NCBI RefSeq assembly: GCF_001194135.2
Contig: NC_068996.1
Location: 54,942,130-55,006,129, forward strand
Direction: 5' to 3'
Length of the DNA: 64,000 nt
Source of the DNA: Octopus bimaculoides
Taxonomy: Eukaryota
Made by a program: the position numbers and the translations under genes. Below the pieces are notes generated by a model that did no database searches, was not told the origin of the DNA, and worked only from the letters and a program-made list of their open reading frames with translations. Shown here piece by piece: positions 1 to 10,423 of the stretch. Position 1 is the first letter of the stretch. Each line of letters starts with the position of its first letter.

Positions 1-107
1 TTGGAGCCTGGTGTTGCCATCCGGTTTCACCAGTCCTCAGTCAAATCGTCCAACCCATGCTAGCATGGAAAGCGGACGTTAAACGATGATGATGATGATG
101 ATGATGA
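1..107 (+). mobile_element. RTE LINE 3' tail
   Basis: ccaacccatgctagcatggaaagcggacgttaaac followed by (GAT)n; same tail as the longer copies. Confidence 0.85.
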
Positions 108-167
108 TATACACATATATATAAACATACAGAATGAAAAGCAGACTATATATTGATGCGAACGCCG

Positions 168-895
168 GAAAGAAATGAAGCTAGTATGCTTTCACTAGAT
201 TTGCAATGTCAGTGTGCATGAGCAACAGAGGGTAAATGTCTTTAAAGAAAAATTGGGTATAAGTGGTACCAGGTGTGGTGTGCAAGCAAGAGAGAAAACT
301 GCGCTGGTATGGTATGTGATGCAAATGGATGAGGACAGATATGTTGAGAAGTACTGATCTCTAACAGTGGGGGGCACCTGTGGAAGTGGTACACTCAGGA
401 AGACATGGGACAAGGTGCTGAAGCATGATCTTCGAATGTTGGGCCTCAAGGAGGTGATAACAAGCAACTGGGACCTTTAGCAATATACTGTGCTTTAGAA
501 GACTGATCAAACTAAGTGAAATTGTAGTCATAGCCAGTGTCATGTAAATGGAACCAGTGAAATTGTAATCACGGCCGTTGCTGGTAGCATGATCTTCAAA
601 TGGATGCAATGACAAGTGACTGAGATATTGGTGATATACTGTGCTTGAGAAGATTCGTCAAGCCACATGAAACTGTAGTTGTGACTGTTGCCAGTGTCAT
701 GTAAATGACATTTGTGCCAGTAGCACACAAAAAGCATCCATTACACTCTCAGAGTGGTTGATATTAGGAAGGGCATCCAGCTGTAGAAAACAAACCAAAA
801 TGAGACTGGAACCTGGTACAGCCCTTCAGCTTACCAGTTTCAGTCAAACCATCTGACCTATGCCAGCATGGAAAGCAGATGCTGAATGATGATGA

Positions 896-900
<5 letters not shown>
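168..900 (+). mobile_element. Older 5'-truncated RTE LINE copy
   Basis: Degenerate RNEASM/WYGxV..MDED coding remnants, then the family 3' UTR and (GAT)n tail. Confidence 0.75.
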
Positions 901-963
<63 letters not shown>

Positions 964-964
964 C

Positions 965-999
<35 letters not shown>

Positions 1000-1146
1000 A
1001 TAATAATATTATCTCAGTTTAAAATGTCTTGACAATGTAAATATGTTAATGGTTACCATGGGTAGCAAAAATCACACAAAAAAACCAGGATATCACACCC
1101 GTTTTATAGATAGAGATACCAAGTTAAAGCGATGCATTTTTAGTAG

Positions 1147-1373
1147 ATATGAATAATAACAATAAATGGAGCAAAACGCATATAAATAAAAGTTCCTTTA
1201 ATTCCTACATATGCATTTGTCTTGCTTCTATATGTTGGTTCCCTGACGATGAATACATGTGGAATTCTAGCAGCTCTTACTTCTTTGGAGTAGGGTAGAC
1301 ATATATTTTGAAACATATGTAGGAATTAAAGGAACTTTTATTTATATGCATTTTGCTCCATTTATTGTTATTA

Positions 1374-1380
<7 letters not shown>
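1147..1380. mobile_element. Penelope-like retroelement remnant: 67-bp inverted repeat around the hammerhead core
   Basis: 1147-1213 is the reverse complement of 1314-1380 with 1 mismatch; flanked on the right by (TA)n; no PLE ORF visible. Confidence 0.55.
1235..1329 (+). ncRNA. Minimal type I hammerhead ribozyme motif (Penelope-like retroelement type)
   Basis: Helix I UUGGUUCC(1235-1242)/GGAAUUAA(1322-1329); core CUGACGA (1243-1249); helix II GAAUACAUGU/ACAUAUAUUU; GAAA (1310-1313); helix III AC-AUAU-GU (palindrome ACAUAUGU); GUA triplet ending at 1321. Confidence 0.7.
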
Positions 1381-1407
<27 letters not shown>

Positions 1408-1489
1408 TATATATATACATATTATATATATACATGCATGAATTATGAACATATTTACATCAAGGGCTTTTTCGTTGTAAGGCTTTCAT

Positions 1490-2442
1490 GCTCTGATGGA
1501 TGCGTAATGTCAGTGTGCATACTCGACAGAATAGGGAGAAAAGTTGGACCTAAGAAACATCAGTTGTGGTGTGCAAGAGAAACGATTGCGCTGGTATGGT
1601 CATCTGGCGAGAATGGATGAAGATAGCTGTGTGAAAAAGTGCCACAGCCTTGCGGTTGAGGGAACCCGTGGAAGAGGTAGACTCAGGAAGACCTGGGATG
1701 AGGTGGTGAAACATGACCTCCAAACATTAGGCCTCACCGAGGCAATGACTTCTGACCAAGACCTTTAGAAATATGCTGTGCATGAGAAGACCCGGCAAGA
1801 CAAGTGAGACCATAACCCATGGCCTTTACCAGGGGTGTAGTCAGCCCACTTATACGTACCTTTCCTTCTTTGGACACAAAACCTTGCTTGCGAAGACCTG
1901 TTGAGGCAAGTGAAATCAAAATCAAAAATTGAACCAAATTCGTTGACTGACACCCATGCCACCTTTGTTTGGGGCAAATTAGATCGAAACTGAAACAAAT
2001 TTGATGACTGGTACCCATGCCAGTGGAACGCTAACAGCACCATCCGAGCTGGATCACTGCCAGAGCAGTAGTCTCGCTTCCATGCCTGTGGCATGTAAAA
2101 AGCACCATTTGAGCGCAATCATTTCCAGCTTTGACTTACTGGCACTCATGCCAGTGGCATGTAAACAAAGTATTGGACTGACTCCTGTGCAGGTAGCACG
2201 TAAAAAACACTATTTGAGTGTGGCCAGTGCCAGTACCACCAGACTGGTGCTCGTGTTGGTGACACGTAAAATGCACCCACTACACTCTCGGAGTGGTTGG
2301 CATTAGGAAGGGCATCAAGCTGTAGAAACTCTGCCAAATCAGATTGGAGTCTGGTGTAGCCATCTGGTTTGCCAGTCCCCAGTCAAATCGTCCAACCAAT
2401 GCTAGCATGGAAAGCGGACATTAAATGATGATGATGATGATA
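1490..2442 (+). mobile_element. 5'-truncated RTE LINE copy
   Basis: ORF 1544-1768 (LRWYGHLARMDEDSCVKKC..RGRGRLRKTWDEVVKHDL), 3' UTR subrepeats, (GAT)n tail. Confidence 0.9.
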
Positions 2443-2558
2443 CACATATATATGCATATATATATATATATATATATACATACATATATATACATGTATA
2501 TATATATATATACATATACATACAAATATGCATGCATACATATATGTATATCCATATA

Positions 2559-2601
<43 letters not shown>

Positions 2602-2640
2602 TATATACATATATATACATACATATATATACATATATAC

Positions 2641-2687
<47 letters not shown>

Positions 2688-2838
2688 TATATATAAGTAT
2701 ATACATACATATGTATATATATACATATATATATATTTACATATATATATATTTACATACATATATATGTATATATATATATACATACATATATATATAT
2801 ACATACATATATATACACATACATACATATATATACAT
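2443..2838. repeat. About 390-bp compound (TA)n/(TACA)n microsatellite
   Basis: Almost continuous purine-pyrimidine alternation. Confidence 0.95.
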
Positions 2839-3961
2839 ATCCCTTCCAGTAGATGGCCCTGCTCAGTATGTAGAAAAGGCATAGGTAGAAACTCTATAAG
2901 ATGTACCCAGTGTAAGCTATGGATACATAAGAGGTGCAGCAACATCAAAGAAAGGCTAACTAGGAAGATAGTTTTTGTATGTGGCAGATGTTCGGGAGCA
3001 ATAAACACTGGAAATGTGCAGAGAACAACTTCTGCCACATTCCAGAGAGAAAAACTAGACGTAGTTGATAGCTTCCATTACCTTTGTGACCAAGTTAGTA
3101 GTGGGGGTGGGTGCTCTGAAAGTGTAGCTGCTAGAATAAGAATAGCCTGGGCTAAGTTCAGAGAGCTCTTACCTCTGCTGGTGACAAAGGGCCTCTCACT
3201 CAGAGTATAAGGTAGACTGTGTGACGCATGTCTACGAACAGCCATACTACATGGCAGTGAAACATGGGCCATGACTGCTGAGGACATGCATAAACTTGCA
3301 AGGAATGAAGCCAGTATGTTCCGCTGGATGTGTAATGTCAATGTGCATACTCAACAGAGTGTAAATGACTTGAGAGAAAAGTTGGACATAAGAAGCATCA
3401 GTTGTGGTGTGCAAGAGAGACGATTGCACTGGTATGGACATGTGGCGAGAATGGATGAGGATAGCTGTGTGAAAAAGAGGTAGACATAGGAGGACCTGGG
3501 ATGAGGTGGTGAAGCATGACTTTCGAACATTTGGCCTCATGGAGGCAATGACTAGTGACGAGACCTTTGGAAATATGTGGTGCTTGAGAAGATCCGTCAA
3601 GCCAAGTGAGACTATAACCCATGGCCTATGCCAGTGGTGTAAGCAGCCCACTTATGCATATCTTCCTTCATTGGACATTAAATTCTGCTTGTGAAGACCT
3701 GTTGAGGCAAGTGAAATCAAATTCAATGACAGCACCGCATGACTGGCATCCATGCTAGTGGAGCACTAAGAGCACCATCCAAGCATGGCCAGGACCGCTG
3801 ACTGGCTCCTGTGCTGGTGGCGCATAAAAAGCACCATTCGAGCGTGATTGTTACCAGTGTTGCCTTACTGGTTACTCGTGCTGGTGGCACATGAAAAACA
3901 ACATTCGAGCTTGGCCATTGCCAGTGCTGCCTGACTGGCCCTCGTGCCAGTGGCACGTAAA
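2839..3961 (+). mobile_element. RTE LINE fragment with PHD-like finger and RT thumb region; ends at an assembly gap
   Basis: [25 protein letters not shown] then [39 protein letters not shown]; stops and frameshifts present. Confidence 0.92.
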
Positions 3962-4525
3962 NNNNNNNNNNNNNNNNNNNNNNNNNNNNNNNNNNNNNNN
4001 NNNNNNNNNNNNNNNNNNNNNNNNNNNNNNNNNNNNNNNNNNNNNNNNNNNNNNNNNNNNNNNNNNNNNNNNNNNNNNNNNNNNNNNNNNNNNNNNNNNN
4101 NNNNNNNNNNNNNNNNNNNNNNNNNNNNNNNNNNNNNNNNNNNNNNNNNNNNNNNNNNNNNNNNNNNNNNNNNNNNNNNNNNNNNNNNNNNNNNNNNNNN
4201 NNNNNNNNNNNNNNNNNNNNNNNNNNNNNNNNNNNNNNNNNNNNNNNNNNNNNNNNNNNNNNNNNNNNNNNNNNNNNNNNNNNNNNNNNNNNNNNNNNNN
4301 NNNNNNNNNNNNNNNNNNNNNNNNNNNNNNNNNNNNNNNNNNNNNNNNNNNNNNNNNNNNNNNNNNNNNNNNNNNNNNNNNNNNNNNNNNNNNNNNNNNN
4401 NNNNNNNNNNNNNNNNNNNNNNNNNNNNNNNNNNNNNNNNNNNNNNNNNNNNNNNNNNNNNNNNNNNNNNNNNNNNATGCAGTCTAATGCTGGAAAATTT
4501 CAAGCACTACACTATCAACTCAGTA

Positions 4526-5015
4526 CTTCTGAACCTTTCATATCAAGTGAAGATGCTTCTCTATAGCAGTGTGGGAGCATTCCACTTTCTCTGCCAGTTC
4601 CTTTGTCGTTTGACAAGAATTTTTGTGCAAAAATTGGTTTAATCACTCTCCATTGAACTCAACTGGACATCCAGAACAAGGTGCGTCTTTGAGGTCAAAA
4701 TTTCCATTTTTGAACTTGGCATACCAATCACGAGTGGTTCTTTCAGCTATGGCACCTTCTCCATACACAGCATAAATGACGCGAGCAGCTTTTGCGGCCT
4801 TAGAACCTTGATTAAAAGCAAAAGGAAGGAGGTGTCAAAAATGATCGTTTTTCTTAACTTGACATTCCATTTTAATAATCTGAAAATAAACAAAAATTAA
4901 CTAAAATTAATTAGAAAAAAAAGACTAAAATAGATTCCAAAATGATTCAAAAATAGAATTCTCCAAAAGAATAGATTCCAGAATTTAAAAAAACAGTGGG
5001 AACTTAGTTGCCAAC

Positions 5016-5019
<4 letters not shown>
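4526..5019 (-). mobile_element. Mariner 5' fragment (TIR plus N-terminal transposase pseudogene), mellifera-like TIR
   Basis: TA then TTGGGTTGGCAACTAAG at the 5019 end. ATG at 4870: MECQVKKNDHF*HLL..ERTTRDWYAKFKNGNFDLKDAPCSGCPVEF; three in-frame stops. Confidence 0.9.
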
Positions 5020-5055
<36 letters not shown>

Positions 5056-5724
5056 CATATAAAGTATAAATAAGTAACAAAGATGTACACATGTCAATTC
5101 ATTATGGCCGTTTCAAGCAACTCCTTTAATTGATCAATGAAAACATTACATCATTGCAAACGTAATGGACTGACACCTGTACCTCTTTGTTAAACATTTA
5201 TATTTTATTCACCTATACTAGAATCTGTGCTTCAGAAATACTGTAGAAAGTATCTTAATATAAAGTACATGTCTGAATAGCCAAGAGCAGATTTCTTCAC
5301 TAAGCTGGGTTGTATTATCTGCATAAGCTGCAAGAATACCATGTGATCAGCACTTCTGCACTGTGTCTGAGATTCTTACATAATATTGTTGGGGTGTGTA
5401 TTGTTGCTCCGACCTAACAAGGTGCCTCAATTTAAGAACCTTATTCAACTGAATCTGATATATATATATACAAAGAAACACACACGCAACCAGTAAATGT
5501 TGGTGCTTTGTAGATTGAATTTATCTTGTCATGCAGTATGTGCTTCTATAGAGATAGGAGTGGAGAGTATAAAAGGGAGATACTGAGAGTTAACAGAAGA
5601 GGTGGTGGAAGAATGCACATGTTTGGTTTGTTGATAGGCAATGAGTAAAGTGTGCTATATACACAAAGAATCAAAGACAGAGAATGAGGAAGAGAGGGAG
5701 TATATGATGTACTGAGAGAGACAA

Positions 5725-5757
<33 letters not shown>

Positions 5758-5758
5758 A

Positions 5759-5825
<67 letters not shown>

Positions 5826-6972
5826 ACTGAAAGCCCAACAGTTCAAAATGATATAAACTGTAAAATAGAAAAAGAATATAGTGGAAAGAAAAGCCATAAA
5901 ACAAAGTAGAGAGAATAAAAGTGAGAGATAGAGAGAGTAAGGTGAGAAGGTGATGGAGATGAGAAAGACTAGATGTAGAAGGTGATGAGTAGTGGCATGA
6001 AAATGGTGTAATAAAATGAAGTATCATGGATTGAAAAAGGTATTTACACAGTTCAGACTGTAAAACAATTTTTCTATATTCATCTCTGTAAAACTTTGTT
6101 TTACAGATATATATAAACATAAAGAAAACTAAGTTTGTATCAAAATATGTTTGTATTAGGTAAAGTGAGGACAGATTGTTTTGTTGTCTTGGGAGGGTCT
6201 TTGCACCAATAATGATACATGCACTGGTTCAATTTCACTTCTTTATTGTTAGTCAATTGGTTAAATATCTAACCAACTAACTAATCAATTGTTTGTTTAA
6301 TGTGCTTGTTAAAACAATTGATCAGTTGTTTGTTTGTTTGTTACTCAAAGTTGTTTTGCTGCTTTTGCTTCCCTTCCAAACAAACAATCAATTAGTTAGT
6401 TGATTAAATAAACAAATGGAATTGAACCTGTGCGTGTATTATTATTTTTATTGGCATAATGACCCTCCAAAGACGCAACAAAATTTGTTTCAACATAGAA
6501 ATTCACATCAGGAATATTGCAAACCAAACACAAAAAGAAAATAAAGAATAGATAGACATTGTCAGAAATAGAAGTGATGTATAGTATAAACACACACATA
6601 CATTCACAGGTGTACATGTATTTATACACACACATATTTTAAGATATTTTTTTCTTAAAAATTAGTATTCATTTCATCATTTTGTATTAGCACCAAGAAA
6701 TTTGATAGAAGTCATCATCCTCATTTAGCATCCATCTTTCCATGCTGGCATGGGTGGGACAGTTTCACAAGAGCCAGCCAGGCAGAAGCCTGCACCAGAC
6801 TTCTGTCACTGTTTTGGCAGGATTTTTACAGCTGGATCCCCTTCCTAACACCAACCACTTAGCAGAGAAGCGATAATTATAATTATTGTACGTATGTCAT
6901 ATTTCTTGATATTATTATTTATCAAGGCAAAAATATACTTCCAAAACTACCAGTCATGTGACAGGTAATACT

Positions 6973-7009
<37 letters not shown>

Positions 7010-7371
7010 TACACAAACACACACATATATATATATATACAGACACTTGTATCATTTAGGTCTATGTCTGTTGGCTCTTATTGTGTAATATATTGTATTA
7101 TAGAGCCATGAATCACCCATGTTTCTTCAAATATCAGGGATAGGCACAACTGTATGTCTAAAAGGCTGTAAACATAATTGATCTGCAAAATTATCACTGT
7201 CACTAACAGAATGTTAAAAATTGTTTTTAAAATCTGCAGCAAACAAGCTGCTACAGCAACCAATCAATTGTTCTGTAGATCATTCCAATAACAATCACTT
7301 TTACCCAACTTTCTTATTTGAGAAAAATATATTATCTTTCCTTATAAACAGTGAAATCTATTGACTAGAAC

Positions 7372-9046
7372 TTGAGGTGCATTCCAGAAGTTTTGAGACT
7401 TATTTTAGTTGGTTCAAGGATGATAGGGAGAAGGTGAGAGAGGATGAGAGGGACATCAGCATAACTGTGCTGGTTGAGAAAATACACAATTTTCTGTACA
7501 AAGACCATCACATTGCAGGTTTTCTCACTGGTCACCAAAGACTGAAGTACTTTTGAATTGGAAATAATTAGCTGAATCATCTCCCTACTGTTACCAATGC
7601 GTCTTTCCTTCTGATCATCAGTGAGTACCCCAGTAACAAACTTTGCACATCTCTTTACTCGTTTCAGTCATTTGACTGCGGCCATGCTGGAGCACTGCCT
7701 TTAGTCGAGCACATCGACCCCAGGACTTATTCTTTGGAAGCCTAGTACTTATTCTATCGGTCTCTTTTTGCCGAACCACTATGTTACGGGGACGTAAACA
7801 CACCAGCATCGATTGTCAAGCGATGTTGGGGGCACAAACATAGGCATACACATCATCATCATCGTTTAACGTCCGCTTTCCATGCTAGCATGGGTTGGAC
7901 GATTTGACTGAGGACTGGTGAAACCGGATGGCAACACCAGGCTCCAATTTGATTTGGCAGAGTTTCTACAGCTGGATGCCCTTCCTAACGCCAACCACTC
8001 TGAGAGTGTAGTGGGTGCTTTTACGTGCCACTGGCACGAGGGCCAGTCAGGCAGTACTGGCAACGGCCACACTCAAAATGGTGTATTTCATGTGCCACCT
8101 GCACAAGAGCCAGTCCAGGGGCACTGGCAACGATCTCACTCGAAAATCCCACGAAGGCCAACCAGGCAGCACTGGCAACGGGCTTCTTTTCAGTTTCCGT
8201 CTACCAAATCCATTCACAAGGCTTTGGTCAGCCCGAGGCTATAGTAGAAGGTGCCATGCACTGGGACTGAACCCGGAACCATGTGGTTGGTAAGCAAGCT
8301 ACTTACCACACAGCCACTCCTGCACCTATGTTTATATCTTCATGAATAATTCTGTGTATAGTTGTCACACCAACTCCAAACTGCATATATTTATTGTCTT
8401 TATAGACACGTGACTGTAAGTATAGAGCTGGGAGTTGGTGTAACAACCGTACTCAGAATTATTCATGAAGATTTTAAAATGTGCAAAATTTGTTGCCAGG
8501 GTGCTCAGTGACGACAGGAGGAAAGATGCATTGGTGACAGCAGGGAGATGGCCGAGTTGATTATCTCCAATCCAAAACTACTCGAGTCCCTAGATCTACT
8601 GTTTTGATCCAATGGAAGCATCCTAGTTCTCCCAGACACAAGAAGGCCACTGTTTATGATGATCCCCTTTTTCAACATTTACTGGCCAAACAGTCAACAG
8701 ATTAGTTTGTGGAGGTGTTGAGGGATCAAGGAAAATATTTCATCACAAAAGGCCAGGGTCTAGCACCTGTACCAGTTTGGAACTCTATCCTGGTAACCAA
8801 CAACTTGACAGAGATGGGCATCAAAACTGTCCCTCACCCTCCCTACAGTCCAGACCTTGCTCCCCAAGCTTAAAGACGCTGTAAGAAGGGCGTTGGACAA
8901 CTTCAGTTTGGAGGACCTCCATAGAACCTTCACTAAGTGACTGGAGTGCCACAAGTGCATTGAATTCAGAGGATCTTACTTTGAAGAAGAGTAGAGTTTT
9001 ATACTTGTTTGAAATTAATGTCTCAAAACTTCTGGAATGCACCTTG
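7372..9046 (+). mobile_element. Decayed mariner interrupted by a SINE and an RTE tail
   Basis: 25-bp perfect inverted repeat AGGTGCATTCCAGAAGTTTTGAGAC (7375-7399 / 9020-9044); remnants QWKHPSSP, HPPYSPDLAP, KCIEFRGSYFEEE-stop. Confidence 0.88.
7651..8328 (-). mobile_element. tRNA-derived SINE (family 1) split by an RTE 3' fragment at 7851-8178
   Basis: 3' half 7651-7850 and head 8179-8328 are collinear with the intact copies at 13625 and 57143. Confidence 0.88.
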
Positions 9047-9130
<84 letters not shown>

Positions 9131-9640
9131 AATCATTTGTCAAAAGATAAAGCTGGCATTCTATTATTATTATTATGGGATTTCTAATTTTAGATACAAT
9201 CTCCTGAATAAAATCTTTTTGACTTAAAATGTCCTGATCATAGATTAACATCCATTTTTATGATGGCATGAACTATACAGATTTATATACCACATACTTT
9301 GATTCTAAAAATTCCAACACATTAATATCTGGTTCACCACCTTTCTCAATTTTCCTATGAAAAGGTGCCAAATTCTGTCAAATCACAGTCTATGACCTTA
9401 AGAAAATGAAGGATCAATACACCAGAAAATGTTAGATGTTTAAAGACAGCCTAGTGTTGGCTGAAATACCCCATTACCAGTTCTGAACAATTTCCTGTAT
9501 GGCCATCAGTATATATTGCACTTTTATACACAGCATTCACCATGTTAACCATTGAAATGTATCAGTTTAACACCCAACAACTCTAACTCCTTTATACTCT
9601 ATCTCATTCATTCAAACAAATCAGCATTACATTTAACATA

Positions 9641-10423
9641 CCAGGTTGGTGCAAAAGTAAAAAGTACTTTTTAACAATCAACATTTTTCTGCTCAGAATG
9701 AATTTTATTAATGAAAATAATTAATGCTTCTAACTTATAGCAAGTCTATTTCTGTAGCATACAGCTCCAAATTTTTCAAGGTGTTTTGAGCTTCTGCTTG
9801 AACAAAGTGGCCTGTTAAGTAGATGTCTAGAGAATAAGGTAGGTGAAAATAGCGTTTTATAGACATGTTTTGTTCAATTTCTGCAGATTCAACTGGCAAG
9901 ACATGGGGTCAGATATTGGTCCTTTGAAATTACCAATGTCAGCTGTAAATGTTGCATTTCTTGGTGTGCTTTGTCAATTTCCTGCTGTGATGGTTTACTA
10001 GGATTCAAAATAGTAGAGGATTCCACTAAAGTGATAACCTACTTTTCATACAACTTCAGTTTCAGCAAGTGCTTAGGAGCTTCATCTCAGTCCAGCCACA
10101 GAGCAATATGCCATTGACAGCCATGTAGAATCTATTCTTGATCAAATCACAATGTAATCAAGATCATTTTTTGTTGCACAAAAACCTTGTACAGGCAATT
10201 ATTTTGTTCAGTTCAAACATCACTCGTTTGTATGTTGTTTTTTTTTTTAAAGCTTTTCAGTGAGATGCAAATGTTGAACAACATAAGCAGTGAAAGGAAA
10301 CAATTATCATAAATTAACTAATGGAAATTGGCACTTAAAAATGGTATATTAGTTTAAGTTTATTCTCAAATAAGCAAAATTAAAAAAGAAAAAAAATCCA
10401 TTTTTATTTTTGCACCATCCTAA
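9641..10423 (-). mobile_element. Internally deleted mariner with Hsmar1/cecropia-like TIRs
   Basis: TA-flanked ends CCAGGTTGGTGCAAAAGTAA and TTAGGATGGTGCAAAAATAA; minus-strand remnants WLD.DEAPKH and PYSLDI (from PYSPDI). Confidence 0.8.

Noticed and set aside
2383-3038. Long Y/I/M/H-rich ORFs in several frames
   Set aside because: Translations of the TA/TACA microsatellite; the same applies to ORFs over other (TA)n, (TG)n and (GA)n tracts.
3741-3961. Regularly spaced repeats as a possible CRISPR array
   Set aside because: Eukaryotic context, degenerate units without unique spacers, located in a LINE 3' UTR.
3865-4642. Long ORFs containing X runs (also near 30173, 37378, 39535 and 52847)
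   Set aside because: Their length comes from N gaps; only the flanking TE-derived parts are real.
6470-6520. Minus-strand CCTGATGT..TTGAAACA, possibly a decayed Penelope hammerhead
   Set aside because: Core is broken (CUGAUGU) and helices are not supported; at best a dead relic.
7908-7935. CTGAGGA..GAAAC in the antisense RTE tail, hammerhead-like
   Set aside because: No room for helix II, no helix I/III pairing, and GAAA is not conserved in other copies (ggcgaacc, ggcaagcc).
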